This document shows, piece by piece, positions 1 through 8,721 of a stretch of 64,000 bases of DNA (within the stretch, counting starts at the first letter, position 1; each line of letters begins with the position of its first letter). The stretch comes from Candidatus Moraniibacteriota bacterium (GTDB lineage: Bacteria > Patescibacteriota > Minisyncoccia > Moranbacterales > UBA9337). The stretch lies in contig JALSQF010000010.1 of assembly GCA_026985555.1 (NCBI GenBank), positions 97,163-161,162 on the forward strand, written 5' to 3'. The position numbers were made by a program, and so were the translations under genes. The notes under the pieces are model-generated. The model ran no database searches. It saw only the letters and a program-made list of their open reading frames with translations, and had not been told where the DNA came from.

Positions 1-641
1 ATTTTTCCCAAATCTTCTCCTTTAATATAGTTCATAGCTAAAACTTCTATTTTTACTTGAGGAAAAGAAAAATTAGTTTCTATTTTTATTTTTCTTTGCA
101 CATTTAAAGGTAATTTTAAATATTCAATTTCATCATAGTATTCTTGATCTAATAAATATTTATCTACTATTTCTTTTTTAAATTTAACTTGAGGAAGTTT
201 TACTCCCCAATATTTTAATTTTCTTTTTAATTCATTGTGTGTAATTATAATTTCTCTAAAAGCAATTAAAGGAGGAATTTTGGCTACTCCTAATTTGGTA
301 TTTAATATTTTTATAGCTTCTTTTTGTAATTCAAATTCCTTTTTTCCTTCTCCTTGTGTATATATTTTTAATAGCTTTAAAGCTATTCCTTGCTGAGTAG
401 TATTAGTTTTTTCAAAAAAATCATTATTTAAATTAAATAAAATCTTTAGTTCCTTTTGGGAAACACTTTTAAAATTTATTTTAGTAATAATTCCATTTCG
501 TCCTTTATCCACATAAAAAGAATGTTGCAAAATATTTTCATAAATATTTTCTAGATTTTCTTTTTGTTCTTTGTTTTCTATTTTGTGATTAAGTCTTCTA
601 GAAAGATTTATTTTTTCAAAGTTAATATTAAAAAATCCCAT
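1..641 (-). CDS. hypothetical protein, N-terminal portion only; the gene continues past the window start
   Basis: My own translation of the minus strand from the ATG at 641..639 (MGFFNINFEKINLSRRLNHKIENKEQ...LAMNYIKGEDLGK) stays open to position 1. The ORF is absent from the supplied track because it has no stop inside the window. No diagnostic motif was recognised. Confidence 0.35.
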   Translation of the reverse strand, partial: MGFFNINFEKINLSRRLNHKIENKEQKENLENIYENILQHSFYVDKGRNGIITKINFKSVSQKELKILFNLNNDFFEKTNTTQQGIALKLLKIYTQGEGKKEFELQKEAIKILNTKLGVAKIPPLIAFREIIITHNELKRKLKYWGVKLPQVKFKKEIVDKYLLDQEYYDEIEYLKLPLNVQRKIKIETNFSFPQVKIEVLAMNYIKGEDLGK

Positions 642-749
642 GGATAAATAGTCTAAAATAAAGAATACTCTTTTCTTATTGTAAAATTTGCTTCTTGTCT
701 TGTCAAATAAATTAAAAATTAGTAAACTAAAAAAAATAATATTAAAAAT

Positions 750-1700
750 ATGCGATTAATTATCAATCTTCCTGCTTATAATGAAGCAGAAAATATTGGA
801 GAAACCATTAAAAACATTCCTAGAAAAATAAAAGGATTTAATGAGGTTTTTGTTCAAGTTATTGATGATGGTTCTATGGATAAAACGGTTCAAATTGCTA
901 AAGAATCTGGAGCTGATTTTATTTATAGCCATTCTAAAAATAGAGGAATTGGAATTACTTTTCGTACAGCCGTTTGTAAAGCATTAGAAAATAAAGCCGA
1001 CTTAATGGTTAATATGGATGCTGATGGACAATTTAATTCATCCGATATTCCTTTATTAATAGAACCTATTTTAAAAGGAGAAGCCGATTTAGTGAGCGCT
1101 GATCGTTTTGGGCAACATAAGCCTAAAAATATACCTTGGATAAAAGATAAATTGAATAGGTTAGCTGCTTGGATTATTAGTAAATTTCTTAATCATAAAA
1201 TCAACGATTTAACTTGTGGTTTTCGCGCCTATTCACGCGAAACAATGTTACGCCTTAATCTTCCAGGAAATTTTACCTATACTCAAGAAGTGATTATAGA
1301 TGCCATAGGAAAAAACTTAAAAGTAAAATGGGTTCCAGTAAAAGTTACTTATTTTACTAATAGGAAATCTAGAGTAGTAAAAAGTCTTTATAGATATATT
1401 AATAATAGTGGAAAAATTATTTTAAAAGCTATTCGTGATGTGCGACCTATGAAATTTTTTGGTATTCCAGGAATAATTCTTTTATTTTTTGCTTTTTTTA
1501 TTTTGGGAATATTCTTTTATCATTATTTCAATAATTTCAAAATAACTCCTTATAAAAATTATCTTTTATTAAGTATCACTTTGCTTTTGGTAGGGTTACA
1601 ATTTATAATTTTTGCTTTAATTGCTGATATGATTAAAACTAATCGTAAGTTAACAGAAGATCAGATTTATTTAATGAGAAAAGAAAAATACAAAAAATAA
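750..1700 (+). CDS. family-2 glycosyltransferase, dolichyl/polyprenyl-phosphate sugar synthase-like (DPM1/GtrB/ArnC type)
   Basis: It has the GT-A signature VIDDGSMD (DxD) and NMDADGQF. It also has the two C-terminal hydrophobic helices typical of polyprenyl-phosphate glycosyltransferases. Confidence 0.8.
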   Translation: MRLIINLPAYNEAENIGETIKNIPRKIKGFNEVFVQVIDDGSMDKTVQIAKESGADFIYSHSKNRGIGITFRTAVCKALENKADLMVNMDADGQFNSSDIPLLIEPILKGEADLVSADRFGQHKPKNIPWIKDKLNRLAAWIISKFLNHKINDLTCGFRAYSRETMLRLNLPGNFTYTQEVIIDAIGKNLKVKWVPVKVTYFTNRKSRVVKSLYRYINNSGKIILKAIRDVRPMKFFGIPGIILLFFAFFILGIFFYHYFNNFKITPYKNYLLLSITLLLVGLQFIIFALIADMIKTNRKLTEDQIYLMRKEKYKK

Positions 1701-1719
1701 ATATATTTTAAGTTTTAAA

Positions 1720-2271
1720 TTATTTTCTAATATTGTTTAAAATTATATCAACAACTTCTTGAGGGGAAATTTGATTTGTGTCTACAACTAAATCAAAATG
1801 ATTATCGTCAACCATGTTTTTGATGCCATATAATCTTTCAATTCTTTTTTGGTGATTTTTTTCTCTTTCCTGGGTGCGTTTTTTTATTTCACTAAAAGTT
1901 CCCTGACGAAAAGCAATTCTATGTCCACTCTTATCGTTAGTTATTCTTCGTACCCTTTCATCTAAATCAGCTTTTAATAAAATTTTAAACGAATGAGGAA
2001 TAAAAAACCAACCTAATCGGGAATCTAAAATAAAATTATTTTTAGTTTTTCCTAAATTTTTTTGCAAATTATCAATTTCTTCATCTACTTTTATTTCAGG
2101 ATTTTTTGTTAAAAACTTATCAAATTCATCCATTGTCATTTTATATTTATCACGCGCAATTTTACGAAACATATCACCGCCAGCAATATATTGATAGTTT
2201 AATTTTTTAGCCAACATTCTTCCAACAGTTCCTTTACCTGCTCCAGGTAATCCGCTTAATGTGATTATCAT
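1720..2271 (-). CDS. cmk: cytidylate kinase, short archaeal-type P-loop NMP kinase
   Basis: The N-terminus MIITLSGLPGAGKGTVGRMLAKKL is a Walker A motif. The overall length (183 aa) and layout match archaeal-type CMP kinases. Confidence 0.65.
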   Translation of the reverse strand: MIITLSGLPGAGKGTVGRMLAKKLNYQYIAGGDMFRKIARDKYKMTMDEFDKFLTKNPEIKVDEEIDNLQKNLGKTKNNFILDSRLGWFFIPHSFKILLKADLDERVRRITNDKSGHRIAFRQGTFSEIKKRTQEREKNHQKRIERLYGIKNMVDDNHFDLVVDTNQISPQEVVDIILNNIRK

Positions 2272-2351
2272 AAACTATATAATTTTAACTATTGACAGCT
2301 TAAATAAAAAGCATTTAGTATAAATTTATAATAAACTATTATATTCTTTTT

Positions 2352-3437
2352 ATGCAAAAAAACAAGAGCTTAAAAATTTTATTCATTAGTCGTGCTTATC
2401 CTCCCACTATTGGTGGTATAGAAAATCAAAATTATGAAATTTCTCAATGGTTAAGTAAAATTAGCACAGTTAAAACAATTGCTAATCCCTATGGTAAAAA
2501 ATTTTTTCCTATTTTTTTCTTAATAGCTTTATTTAAAAGTTTAAAATTAATGCGTTCTTATGATGTTTTGTTGTTAGGTGACGGAACTTTAGCTTTGCTG
2601 GGTTGGATTATAAAAAAAGTTTATCATAAACCGGTTGTAAGTATTGTGCATGGACTAGATATTACTTATCCATTTTTTCTTTATCAAAAATTATGGGTTA
2701 AATTTTTCTTACCAAAATTAGATAAATTAATTGCGGTGGGAAAAGAAACTATTCGTCAAGGAGTAAAAAAAGGAATACCAGAAGAAAAATTTATTTTTAT
2801 ACCTAATGGTGTAGTAACAGAAAAATTTCAAGGAGATTATTCACGTAATGATCTTAATCGTATTACTAATTTAAACTTAAGTGGAAAAAAAATAATTTTA
2901 ACCTTAGGAAGATTAGCTAAACGTAAAGGAGTGGTATGGTTTATTGAAAATGTTATGCCTGATTTAGATAATGACGTTATCTATTTAATTGCTGGTGACG
3001 GACAAGAAAAAGAAAAAATTAAAGAGGTTATTAAGAAAAACGATTTACAAGATAAAGTAAAATTATTTACACAATTTAATGATGAGGAAAGAAAAATTTT
3101 ATATAATACAGCAGATTTATTTGTTCAACCCAATATTCAAGTAACAGGAGATATGGAAGGATTTGGATTGGTAGTTTTAGAGGCTGGTTCAGCTCAAAGG
3201 GTAGTTATTGCTTCTGAAATAGAAGGACTACAAGATGCTATTCAAAATGGTAAAAATGGTTTTTTGGTAGAAAGCGCTAATAAAGAACGTTGGATAAAAA
3301 AAATAGAAGCTATTTTAAAAGATGATTCTTTTAGAGAAATATTTGGACAACGTGCTTCAGAGTATGTTAATAAAAATTATCATTGGAAAGAAATCTCTCA
3401 AAAATATTTATCCGCTTTAAATTCTTTAGTATCTTGA
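2352..3437 (+). CDS. glycosyltransferase family 4 (GT-B fold)
   Basis: The C-terminal region FGLVVLEAGSAQRVVIASEIEGLQDAIQNGKNGFLV matches the GT4/GT1 EX7E-type nucleotide-sugar binding region. Confidence 0.8.
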   Translation: MQKNKSLKILFISRAYPPTIGGIENQNYEISQWLSKISTVKTIANPYGKKFFPIFFLIALFKSLKLMRSYDVLLLGDGTLALLGWIIKKVYHKPVVSIVHGLDITYPFFLYQKLWVKFFLPKLDKLIAVGKETIRQGVKKGIPEEKFIFIPNGVVTEKFQGDYSRNDLNRITNLNLSGKKIILTLGRLAKRKGVVWFIENVMPDLDNDVIYLIAGDGQEKEKIKEVIKKNDLQDKVKLFTQFNDEERKILYNTADLFVQPNIQVTGDMEGFGLVVLEAGSAQRVVIASEIEGLQDAIQNGKNGFLVESANKERWIKKIEAILKDDSFREIFGQRASEYVNKNYHWKEISQKYLSALNSLVS

Positions 3438-3598
3438 AAGTTTGTACTTAATAAAAATTAAAAATATTTTATATTTGAATAATTTAAATATTTTAATTTT
3501 TTATATTTTTTTAAATATTTTTTTGTGTTAAAATAAAAGAGTTATTACAATTATTTATTATTAATGATATAAGTTTTAAAAACACTTTTAATTAACCA

Positions 3599-5812
3599 AT
3601 GGCTTTTTTAAGCGAACAAATATTATTTTATTTATCTCTTTTAGTTGTCTTGATTCTTCCTGGATGGTTTTTGTTAGATGCTATTTTTCTTTTATCTCAA
3701 AACAAAAATAATAAAAAATATCAGCCTAAAAAAGAAAGGATTAATTTGTTTGAAAGAGTAAGTTTGTCAGTTTCTCTCAGCATTATAGTCGTTAATTTTT
3801 TATTGTTAGCCACAAAAAACACACATATTTTATTAGATGGAAAAAATATACTAATAATTATCGGTTCTTTTATTTTTTTAACTTGGTTGTTTTCTCGGAG
3901 AGCTAATTTAGTTGATGAATGGGAAGATATTAATGAAAAAAAAGATATTTATAAAAACAAGATAAAAATTAAACGGGCTAAAACATTAGTAGCTATTCTA
4001 ACTTTATTTTTATTGGGTCCGCTTTGGGCACTTTCTTCTCCCCAAACAAAATTTGTTAGTGGAGGAGTCATAGGTAATGTTATTGGAAACTTAATTATAC
4101 CTACTGCTCTCTATTTTTATTTAAGGGCCCTGCAAGAAAAAAGTAAAAAATTCTTGATTTTAGGTTTTTTTTCTACTCTAGGATTATTTTACATTCATCA
4201 TCTTTCTAGTTTTGTTTTTCTTTTTATAGTTCTTTTTATTTTATTAACTAATTTGTTATTCTATTTAATTATCAATTTTTGGCCTTCTTTAAAATGGTTT
4301 CAAATTAATATCATAGACAATCTTTCCTTTAACAATTTAAAAAAAGAAGATAAGAATCAAAATAATTCAGAACAATATTATAATTTTTCTAAAATAAAAA
4401 AAAGAAAAACTTATTTAAACCATAAAATTATTACCAGTAGCTTAATTATTCTCATTTTTTTTCTAACTATTTCTATTCGTGTTCTTTATCTAGAAAAAAC
4501 AATTTTTCCTACAGCTACTGATTTAGGACATCATCTTTACTGGTCTTCACAAATCGTAGCTAATAAGCATATTGTTCCTTATCAAAAATTAGCTATTTTA
4601 GAAAAAAATAATCACTATTTTTTAGAAAAAAAACGTATAGCCGATTTTATTATAGGAGAACATTTGATTTTTGTGGCCATTCATTTAATCTCTAATATTA
4701 GTTTTGTTTCTTATTTTCCAACCCTAGTATTGTTTTTTATTAACCTAGCTACTCTTTTAGTAATTTTTAATTTAGTTTATTATATTTTACCAGAAGAAGA
4801 ATGGTTAATTTTAACTAAAAATAAAATTAATTTAAAAAAAGATGAGAATGATTTTTTGTTTGTTTCTAAAAAAACAGAAAAAATAAAAGAATATTTCAAA
4901 TTATTTTTCAATCCCTATGTTTTTCTTTTTTTAACTTTATCTTTAGCTTATATTTATTTTATTTATTTGCCTTCCTATTTACAAATTCATGCCGTCAAAA
5001 CTGCCGTAGGAACTCCTTCTAAAGCTACTCGCGCAGGTTACACTTGGAGCGAAATTAAATATCAATTAAGTGGGATGCGTTTCGTTCTATTTTTAGGTGG
5101 TTTTTTTATAGTTTCTTTCTTTACTTTTTTTCGTCGTTTTCCTATTTTGAATGCTTCCTTAATTATTGGCTGGTTATCAGGTATTTTTTTGATGGTCTGG
5201 CGTCCTCAATGGCTATACATTAACATTCCTTCTGGAAGATTAATTACTTATCTTATTTTTCCTGTAGCTATTTTAAACGCTTTAGCTTTTGTTTTTTTCT
5301 TTTTAAAAAAGAAAGATCGGAGCGTTAGTTATTGGTTTACGTTTTTGGGATATTTGATTTTAGGAATATTAATTTTTTCTGGAGTTAAAGATAATATAGA
5401 TATTATCAATAAAACAAAGAATACTAAAAATCAACTGGCTTTAGCTACTTTTCATACTGCTCAATATCTTTCTAAAAAAATTGATGTTAAAAAAGAAAAC
5501 ATTGTTAAGGATCATAATTATTTAGTAGCTGATACTTGGATGAAAATATTTTTTCATCAAGACTATAATTATCCTCTTTCTCGTGGTTATTTTAAACGTT
5601 ATCAAGATAAAACTAAATCAAGAGAACATTGCACCTTGTGGATGATTTCTGAACCTAATTCTCAAGAAGCGCAAAAATGTTATCAAGATTTAAAAATAAA
5701 ATATATTATTATTAATCCTCAGTTTGATAAATTTCAATTTGAAAACTCTAATCAGTTTTGGAAAGTATACGATGGAAAGGAAATTGCTATCTATAGATAT
5801 AATCCATTTTAA
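3599..5812 (+). CDS. large polytopic membrane protein, possibly a GT-C-like glycosyltransferase
   Basis: The protein is 737 aa with more than ten hydrophobic segments and lysine-rich loops. It sits next to GT2 and GT4 genes. No firm catalytic motif was identified. Confidence 0.4.
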   Translation: MAFLSEQILFYLSLLVVLILPGWFLLDAIFLLSQNKNNKKYQPKKERINLFERVSLSVSLSIIVVNFLLLATKNTHILLDGKNILIIIGSFIFLTWLFSRRANLVDEWEDINEKKDIYKNKIKIKRAKTLVAILTLFLLGPLWALSSPQTKFVSGGVIGNVIGNLIIPTALYFYLRALQEKSKKFLILGFFSTLGLFYIHHLSSFVFLFIVLFILLTNLLFYLIINFWPSLKWFQINIIDNLSFNNLKKEDKNQNNSEQYYNFSKIKKRKTYLNHKIITSSLIILIFFLTISIRVLYLEKTIFPTATDLGHHLYWSSQIVANKHIVPYQKLAILEKNNHYFLEKKRIADFIIGEHLIFVAIHLISNISFVSYFPTLVLFFINLATLLVIFNLVYYILPEEEWLILTKNKINLKKDENDFLFVSKKTEKIKEYFKLFFNPYVFLFLTLSLAYIYFIYLPSYLQIHAVKTAVGTPSKATRAGYTWSEIKYQLSGMRFVLFLGGFFIVSFFTFFRRFPILNASLIIGWLSGIFLMVWRPQWLYINIPSGRLITYLIFPVAILNALAFVFFFLKKKDRSVSYWFTFLGYLILGILIFSGVKDNIDIINKTKNTKNQLALATFHTAQYLSKKIDVKKENIVKDHNYLVADTWMKIFFHQDYNYPLSRGYFKRYQDKTKSREHCTLWMISEPNSQEAQKCYQDLKIKYIIINPQFDKFQFENSNQFWKVYDGKEIAIYRYNPF

Positions 5813-5824
5813 TTAAAGTAAATT

Positions 5825-6172
5825 ATGTATCCAAAAGTTATTTTCTTTTTCCTAACCCTTTTTATTATAAGTAGTTTTTCTTGGTTGGCTTATCAAGAGA
5901 AGAAACAAGAAGAGATTAAAAATCAATGGTTTCTTTATTTTCAAAATCCGCAACAGCCAGATTTAAATTTTGTAATAGAAAACTATACTGACAATAAAAA
6001 TTTTAAGTGGTTACTTTTAAAAAATGAACAGCTTGTAAAAAAAGAAGATATGATTATTAAAAACAAAGAAAATAAAGAAATAAAAATTAATTCAAATAAT
6101 TTTTCAGGAAAAATAATTGTTAAAGTTCAACACAATGGAGAAGAAAAAGAAATTTATAAAATTCTCAAATAA
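5825..6172 (+). CDS. small protein with an N-terminal signal or anchor helix
   Basis: The hydrophobic N-terminus is MYPKVIFFFLTLFIISSFSWLAYQ. The start lies 13 nt after the preceding gene. Confidence 0.45.
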   Translation: MYPKVIFFFLTLFIISSFSWLAYQEKKQEEIKNQWFLYFQNPQQPDLNFVIENYTDNKNFKWLLLKNEQLVKKEDMIIKNKENKEIKINSNNFSGKIIVKVQHNGEEKEIYKILK

Positions 6173-6420
6173 AAAAACCACGTTCCTGAAAGGCCAAATT
6201 AAATTGTTAATTTGGGAAAGCTTAAACTTTCAACGTGGAATAATTTTTAAAATAATCCTGTCAGGCACTCCGCCAATTCTCCTTTAAGCGCGTTCAACAT
6301 CTTGCCAAGAACGTGGCTCCTCTATTGAAAAACGCTCTGAAACGGAGGAGCAGCAATTAGGAACGGAGAATTTAAAATATTTTTCCCAATCACTACTGAA
6401 CCCTGACAGGATGCATGCAT
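6173..6420. ncRNA. unclassified structured RNA candidate; GC-rich island with nested helices
   Basis: No ORF of 60 aa or more is present and GC content is visibly elevated. An 11-bp perfect stem (atcctgtcagg at 6255..6265 paired with cctgacaggat at 6402..6412) encloses three further helices: gctcctc/gaggagc, aattctcc/ggagaatt and gcgtt/aacgc. A 5' domain has a stem ccacgtt (6178..6184) paired with aacgtgg (6232..6238) that encloses hairpins gaaag/ctttc and ccaaattaa/ttaatttgg. The strand could not be decided. Confidence 0.35.
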
Positions 6421-6486
6421 TAGTAAGTTAGCGTAATTATTAAAAATTGTCAAGATTTTCTTACTTAAAAAATTAACTTTAAAATT

Positions 6487-7644
6487 ATGAAAGAGAAAAA
6501 AATTTTATATATTACTCGTCCTCTTTCCCCTCCTTGGGATGAAGCCAGTAAAAATTTTGCTTATAATTTAGCTCAACAAATAGCTTTAAAAAATTCCAAT
6601 TTTGAAATCAACATTTTAACTAAAAAAAAATTAACTAATCTTTCTTCTAATATTAGACAATATTCTATTTATACTTCTTCACAAAACGATTTCAATTGGC
6701 GCCAAAAAAAATATCTTTTTCAATTTTTATTAAAAACGATTCTTCAAAATAAATTTAATCTCTGGCACTCTTTTTTTACTCCAACCAAAATGAACACTTT
6801 TTTATTAAAAACTATTTTCAATCTTTCTTTTAAAAAAAATAAACCTAGAACTATTCAAACCATAGCCACCTTACGAGAAGATCTTTACTCAGAAAAAGAA
6901 TTTAAAAAAATACTTTTTGCTGATTGGCTAATAACTTATTCTCACTATGCCTTAAAACGTTTGAAAAAAATGGGATTTAAAAATGTTACTCAAATTTATC
7001 CCGGTATTGATTTAAAAAAATTTAAATTAACTTCTAAAAATTCTTTTCTTTTAAAAAAATATAATTTTTCTCAAAATGATTTCATCATTAATTTCACAGG
7101 AGAATATGTGCGTTTAAACGCTATAGATGATGTAATAAGTTCTTTTTTAGAAATAAGTCAAAAAATTCCTCAAGCTAAATTATCTCTAGCAGTCAGAGTT
7201 AAAAATTCTCAAGACGCGCAAAAGAAAAAAGAAGTTATTCAATTTCTTCAAAAGAATAATTTATTAAAAAGAGTAGCATTTCACGATGATGGAAATTATA
7301 CTATGTCTGATATTTATAATTTAGCTGATGTTAGTCTTTTCCCTGTTCAAAATATGCAAGGAAAATTTGATATACCCTTAGCAGTTATAGAAGCTATGGC
7401 TTGTGAAAAACCGGTAGTTATTTCTGATATTCCTATTTTACAAGAATTTTCTAATCAAAAAAATTCAGTTCAAATAAAAGCCGGAAATTTTAAACAACTA
7501 TCTAATGCTGTTATAGATCTTTATAAAAATCCAGAAAAAAGATTAAAAATCGGAAAACGAGCTCGGCAATATGTCAAAAATAACTTTAATTTAGAAAATG
7601 CAGAGCAAAAATATTCTCAATTATACCATTCTTTATTAAAATAA
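6487..7644 (+). CDS. glycosyltransferase, GT4/GT1 family
   Basis: The C-terminal IPLAVIEAMACEKPVVISDIPILQEF matches the GT-B donor-binding motif. Confidence 0.65.
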   Translation: MKEKKILYITRPLSPPWDEASKNFAYNLAQQIALKNSNFEINILTKKKLTNLSSNIRQYSIYTSSQNDFNWRQKKYLFQFLLKTILQNKFNLWHSFFTPTKMNTFLLKTIFNLSFKKNKPRTIQTIATLREDLYSEKEFKKILFADWLITYSHYALKRLKKMGFKNVTQIYPGIDLKKFKLTSKNSFLLKKYNFSQNDFIINFTGEYVRLNAIDDVISSFLEISQKIPQAKLSLAVRVKNSQDAQKKKEVIQFLQKNNLLKRVAFHDDGNYTMSDIYNLADVSLFPVQNMQGKFDIPLAVIEAMACEKPVVISDIPILQEFSNQKNSVQIKAGNFKQLSNAVIDLYKNPEKRLKIGKRARQYVKNNFNLENAEQKYSQLYHSLLK

Positions 7645-7764
7645 ACTCAAATTAAAAATAGAAAACTCTTAAGAATTTTTCCTGCGTTTTACCTCGTAAA
7701 CACTTCTATTTGATAAAATTTAACCAATAAATACAAACTAAAAAATAATAGATAAAATTATAAT

Positions 7765-8718
7765 CTATAAAGTTGTAATTGGTCTTGATTGAACAATATA
7801 AAATTTTCCTTTTTCAAGAGCCCACTCAATATCTTGCGGATAGTTGTAGTGTTTTTCTATTCTTTGACAAATTTCAGCAAGTTCCAGAATTTGTTTATCG
7901 GTTAATTTTTGTTTTTCTTGTTTAGCTTTTAAAACTTTAGTGTCCTTAGTTTTACCATTGATTTTTGTTATCATTTTTTCTTGTTTTGAAATATTCTTAT
8001 CTAAAATTTTAAATCCTTTTCTTTTTTTATGCTTGTGAATTATATAAGTATCGGGAGTTATTTTGCCACCAACAATTGCCTCTCCTAAACCATATCCAGC
8101 TTCAATAACCATTTGGTTTCTATTTTCAGTAACAGGATGAACAGTAAAACAAATTCCTGATATTTCAGATTGAATCATTGTTTGAATTACAACAGAAACA
8201 AAAACTTTTTGTTTATGCAAGTTTTTTTCATATCTGTAAAAAATTGCTCTTGGTGTAAACAATGATGACCAACATTTTTTTACTGATTCTAAAAGATTTT
8301 TTTCCGTTACATTTAAATAACTTTCAAGTTCTCCTGCCCAAGATGCAATTGAAGAATCTTCAGCGGTGGCAGAAGAACGAACCGCAACGTATTGAGTGTT
8401 AAGCTTTAAAAACTCATTTTTTATTTTATTTCCGATATCTGTTGGAAAGTTTGCATCATGAATTAAATCCCTAATTTTTTCTGATGTTCTTTCTATCGTT
8501 TCAATGTTTTTATAATCTACTTTACTTAGAGCTGCTTCAATTTCTATTCCTAAATCAGTTTCCTCTAAAAATTTTTCATAAGCTGAAGATAAAACAACAA
8601 ACCCTGGCGGTACAGGAATTTTAGCTCTTGTCATTTCCCCAAGCGAAGCACCCTTACCTCCAGCAATTGCTACATCATGCTTAGTTAAATTTTTAAAAGA
8701 TTTTACAATTTTACTCAT
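7765..8718 (-). CDS. stand-alone ATP-grasp nucleotide-binding domain of the PEP synthase / pyruvate phosphate dikinase family (PPDK_N)
   Basis: The N-terminus MSKIVKSFKNLTKHDVAIAGGKGASLGEMTRAKIPVPPGFVV is the hallmark start of PEP synthase/PPDK/rifampin-phosphotransferase ATP-binding domains. The protein is 317 aa and ends where the His domain would normally begin. Confidence 0.8.
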   Translation of the reverse strand: MSKIVKSFKNLTKHDVAIAGGKGASLGEMTRAKIPVPPGFVVLSSAYEKFLEETDLGIEIEAALSKVDYKNIETIERTSEKIRDLIHDANFPTDIGNKIKNEFLKLNTQYVAVRSSATAEDSSIASWAGELESYLNVTEKNLLESVKKCWSSLFTPRAIFYRYEKNLHKQKVFVSVVIQTMIQSEISGICFTVHPVTENRNQMVIEAGYGLGEAIVGGKITPDTYIIHKHKKRKGFKILDKNISKQEKMITKINGKTKDTKVLKAKQEKQKLTDKQILELAEICQRIEKHYNYPQDIEWALEKGKFYIVQSRPITTL

Positions 8719-8721
8719 AAT

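Noticed and set aside
6173-6420. Attempts to assign the structured element to SRP RNA, 6S RNA, tmRNA, RNase P or a riboswitch.
   Set aside because: The SRP-like GTCAGG and AGCAGC words are present but sit inside perfect helices rather than the domain IV internal loops. There is no tRNA-like T-arm, CCA or tag frame for tmRNA. The element is multibranched rather than a 6S-like single rod. It is too short for RNase P and lacks its conserved regions. It is left unclassified.
7686-7701. Small hairpin tttac-ctc-gtaaa between convergent genes, considered as a terminator.
   Set aside because: It has only a 5-bp A/T stem with a 3-nt loop and no adjacent T-run, which is too weak to call.
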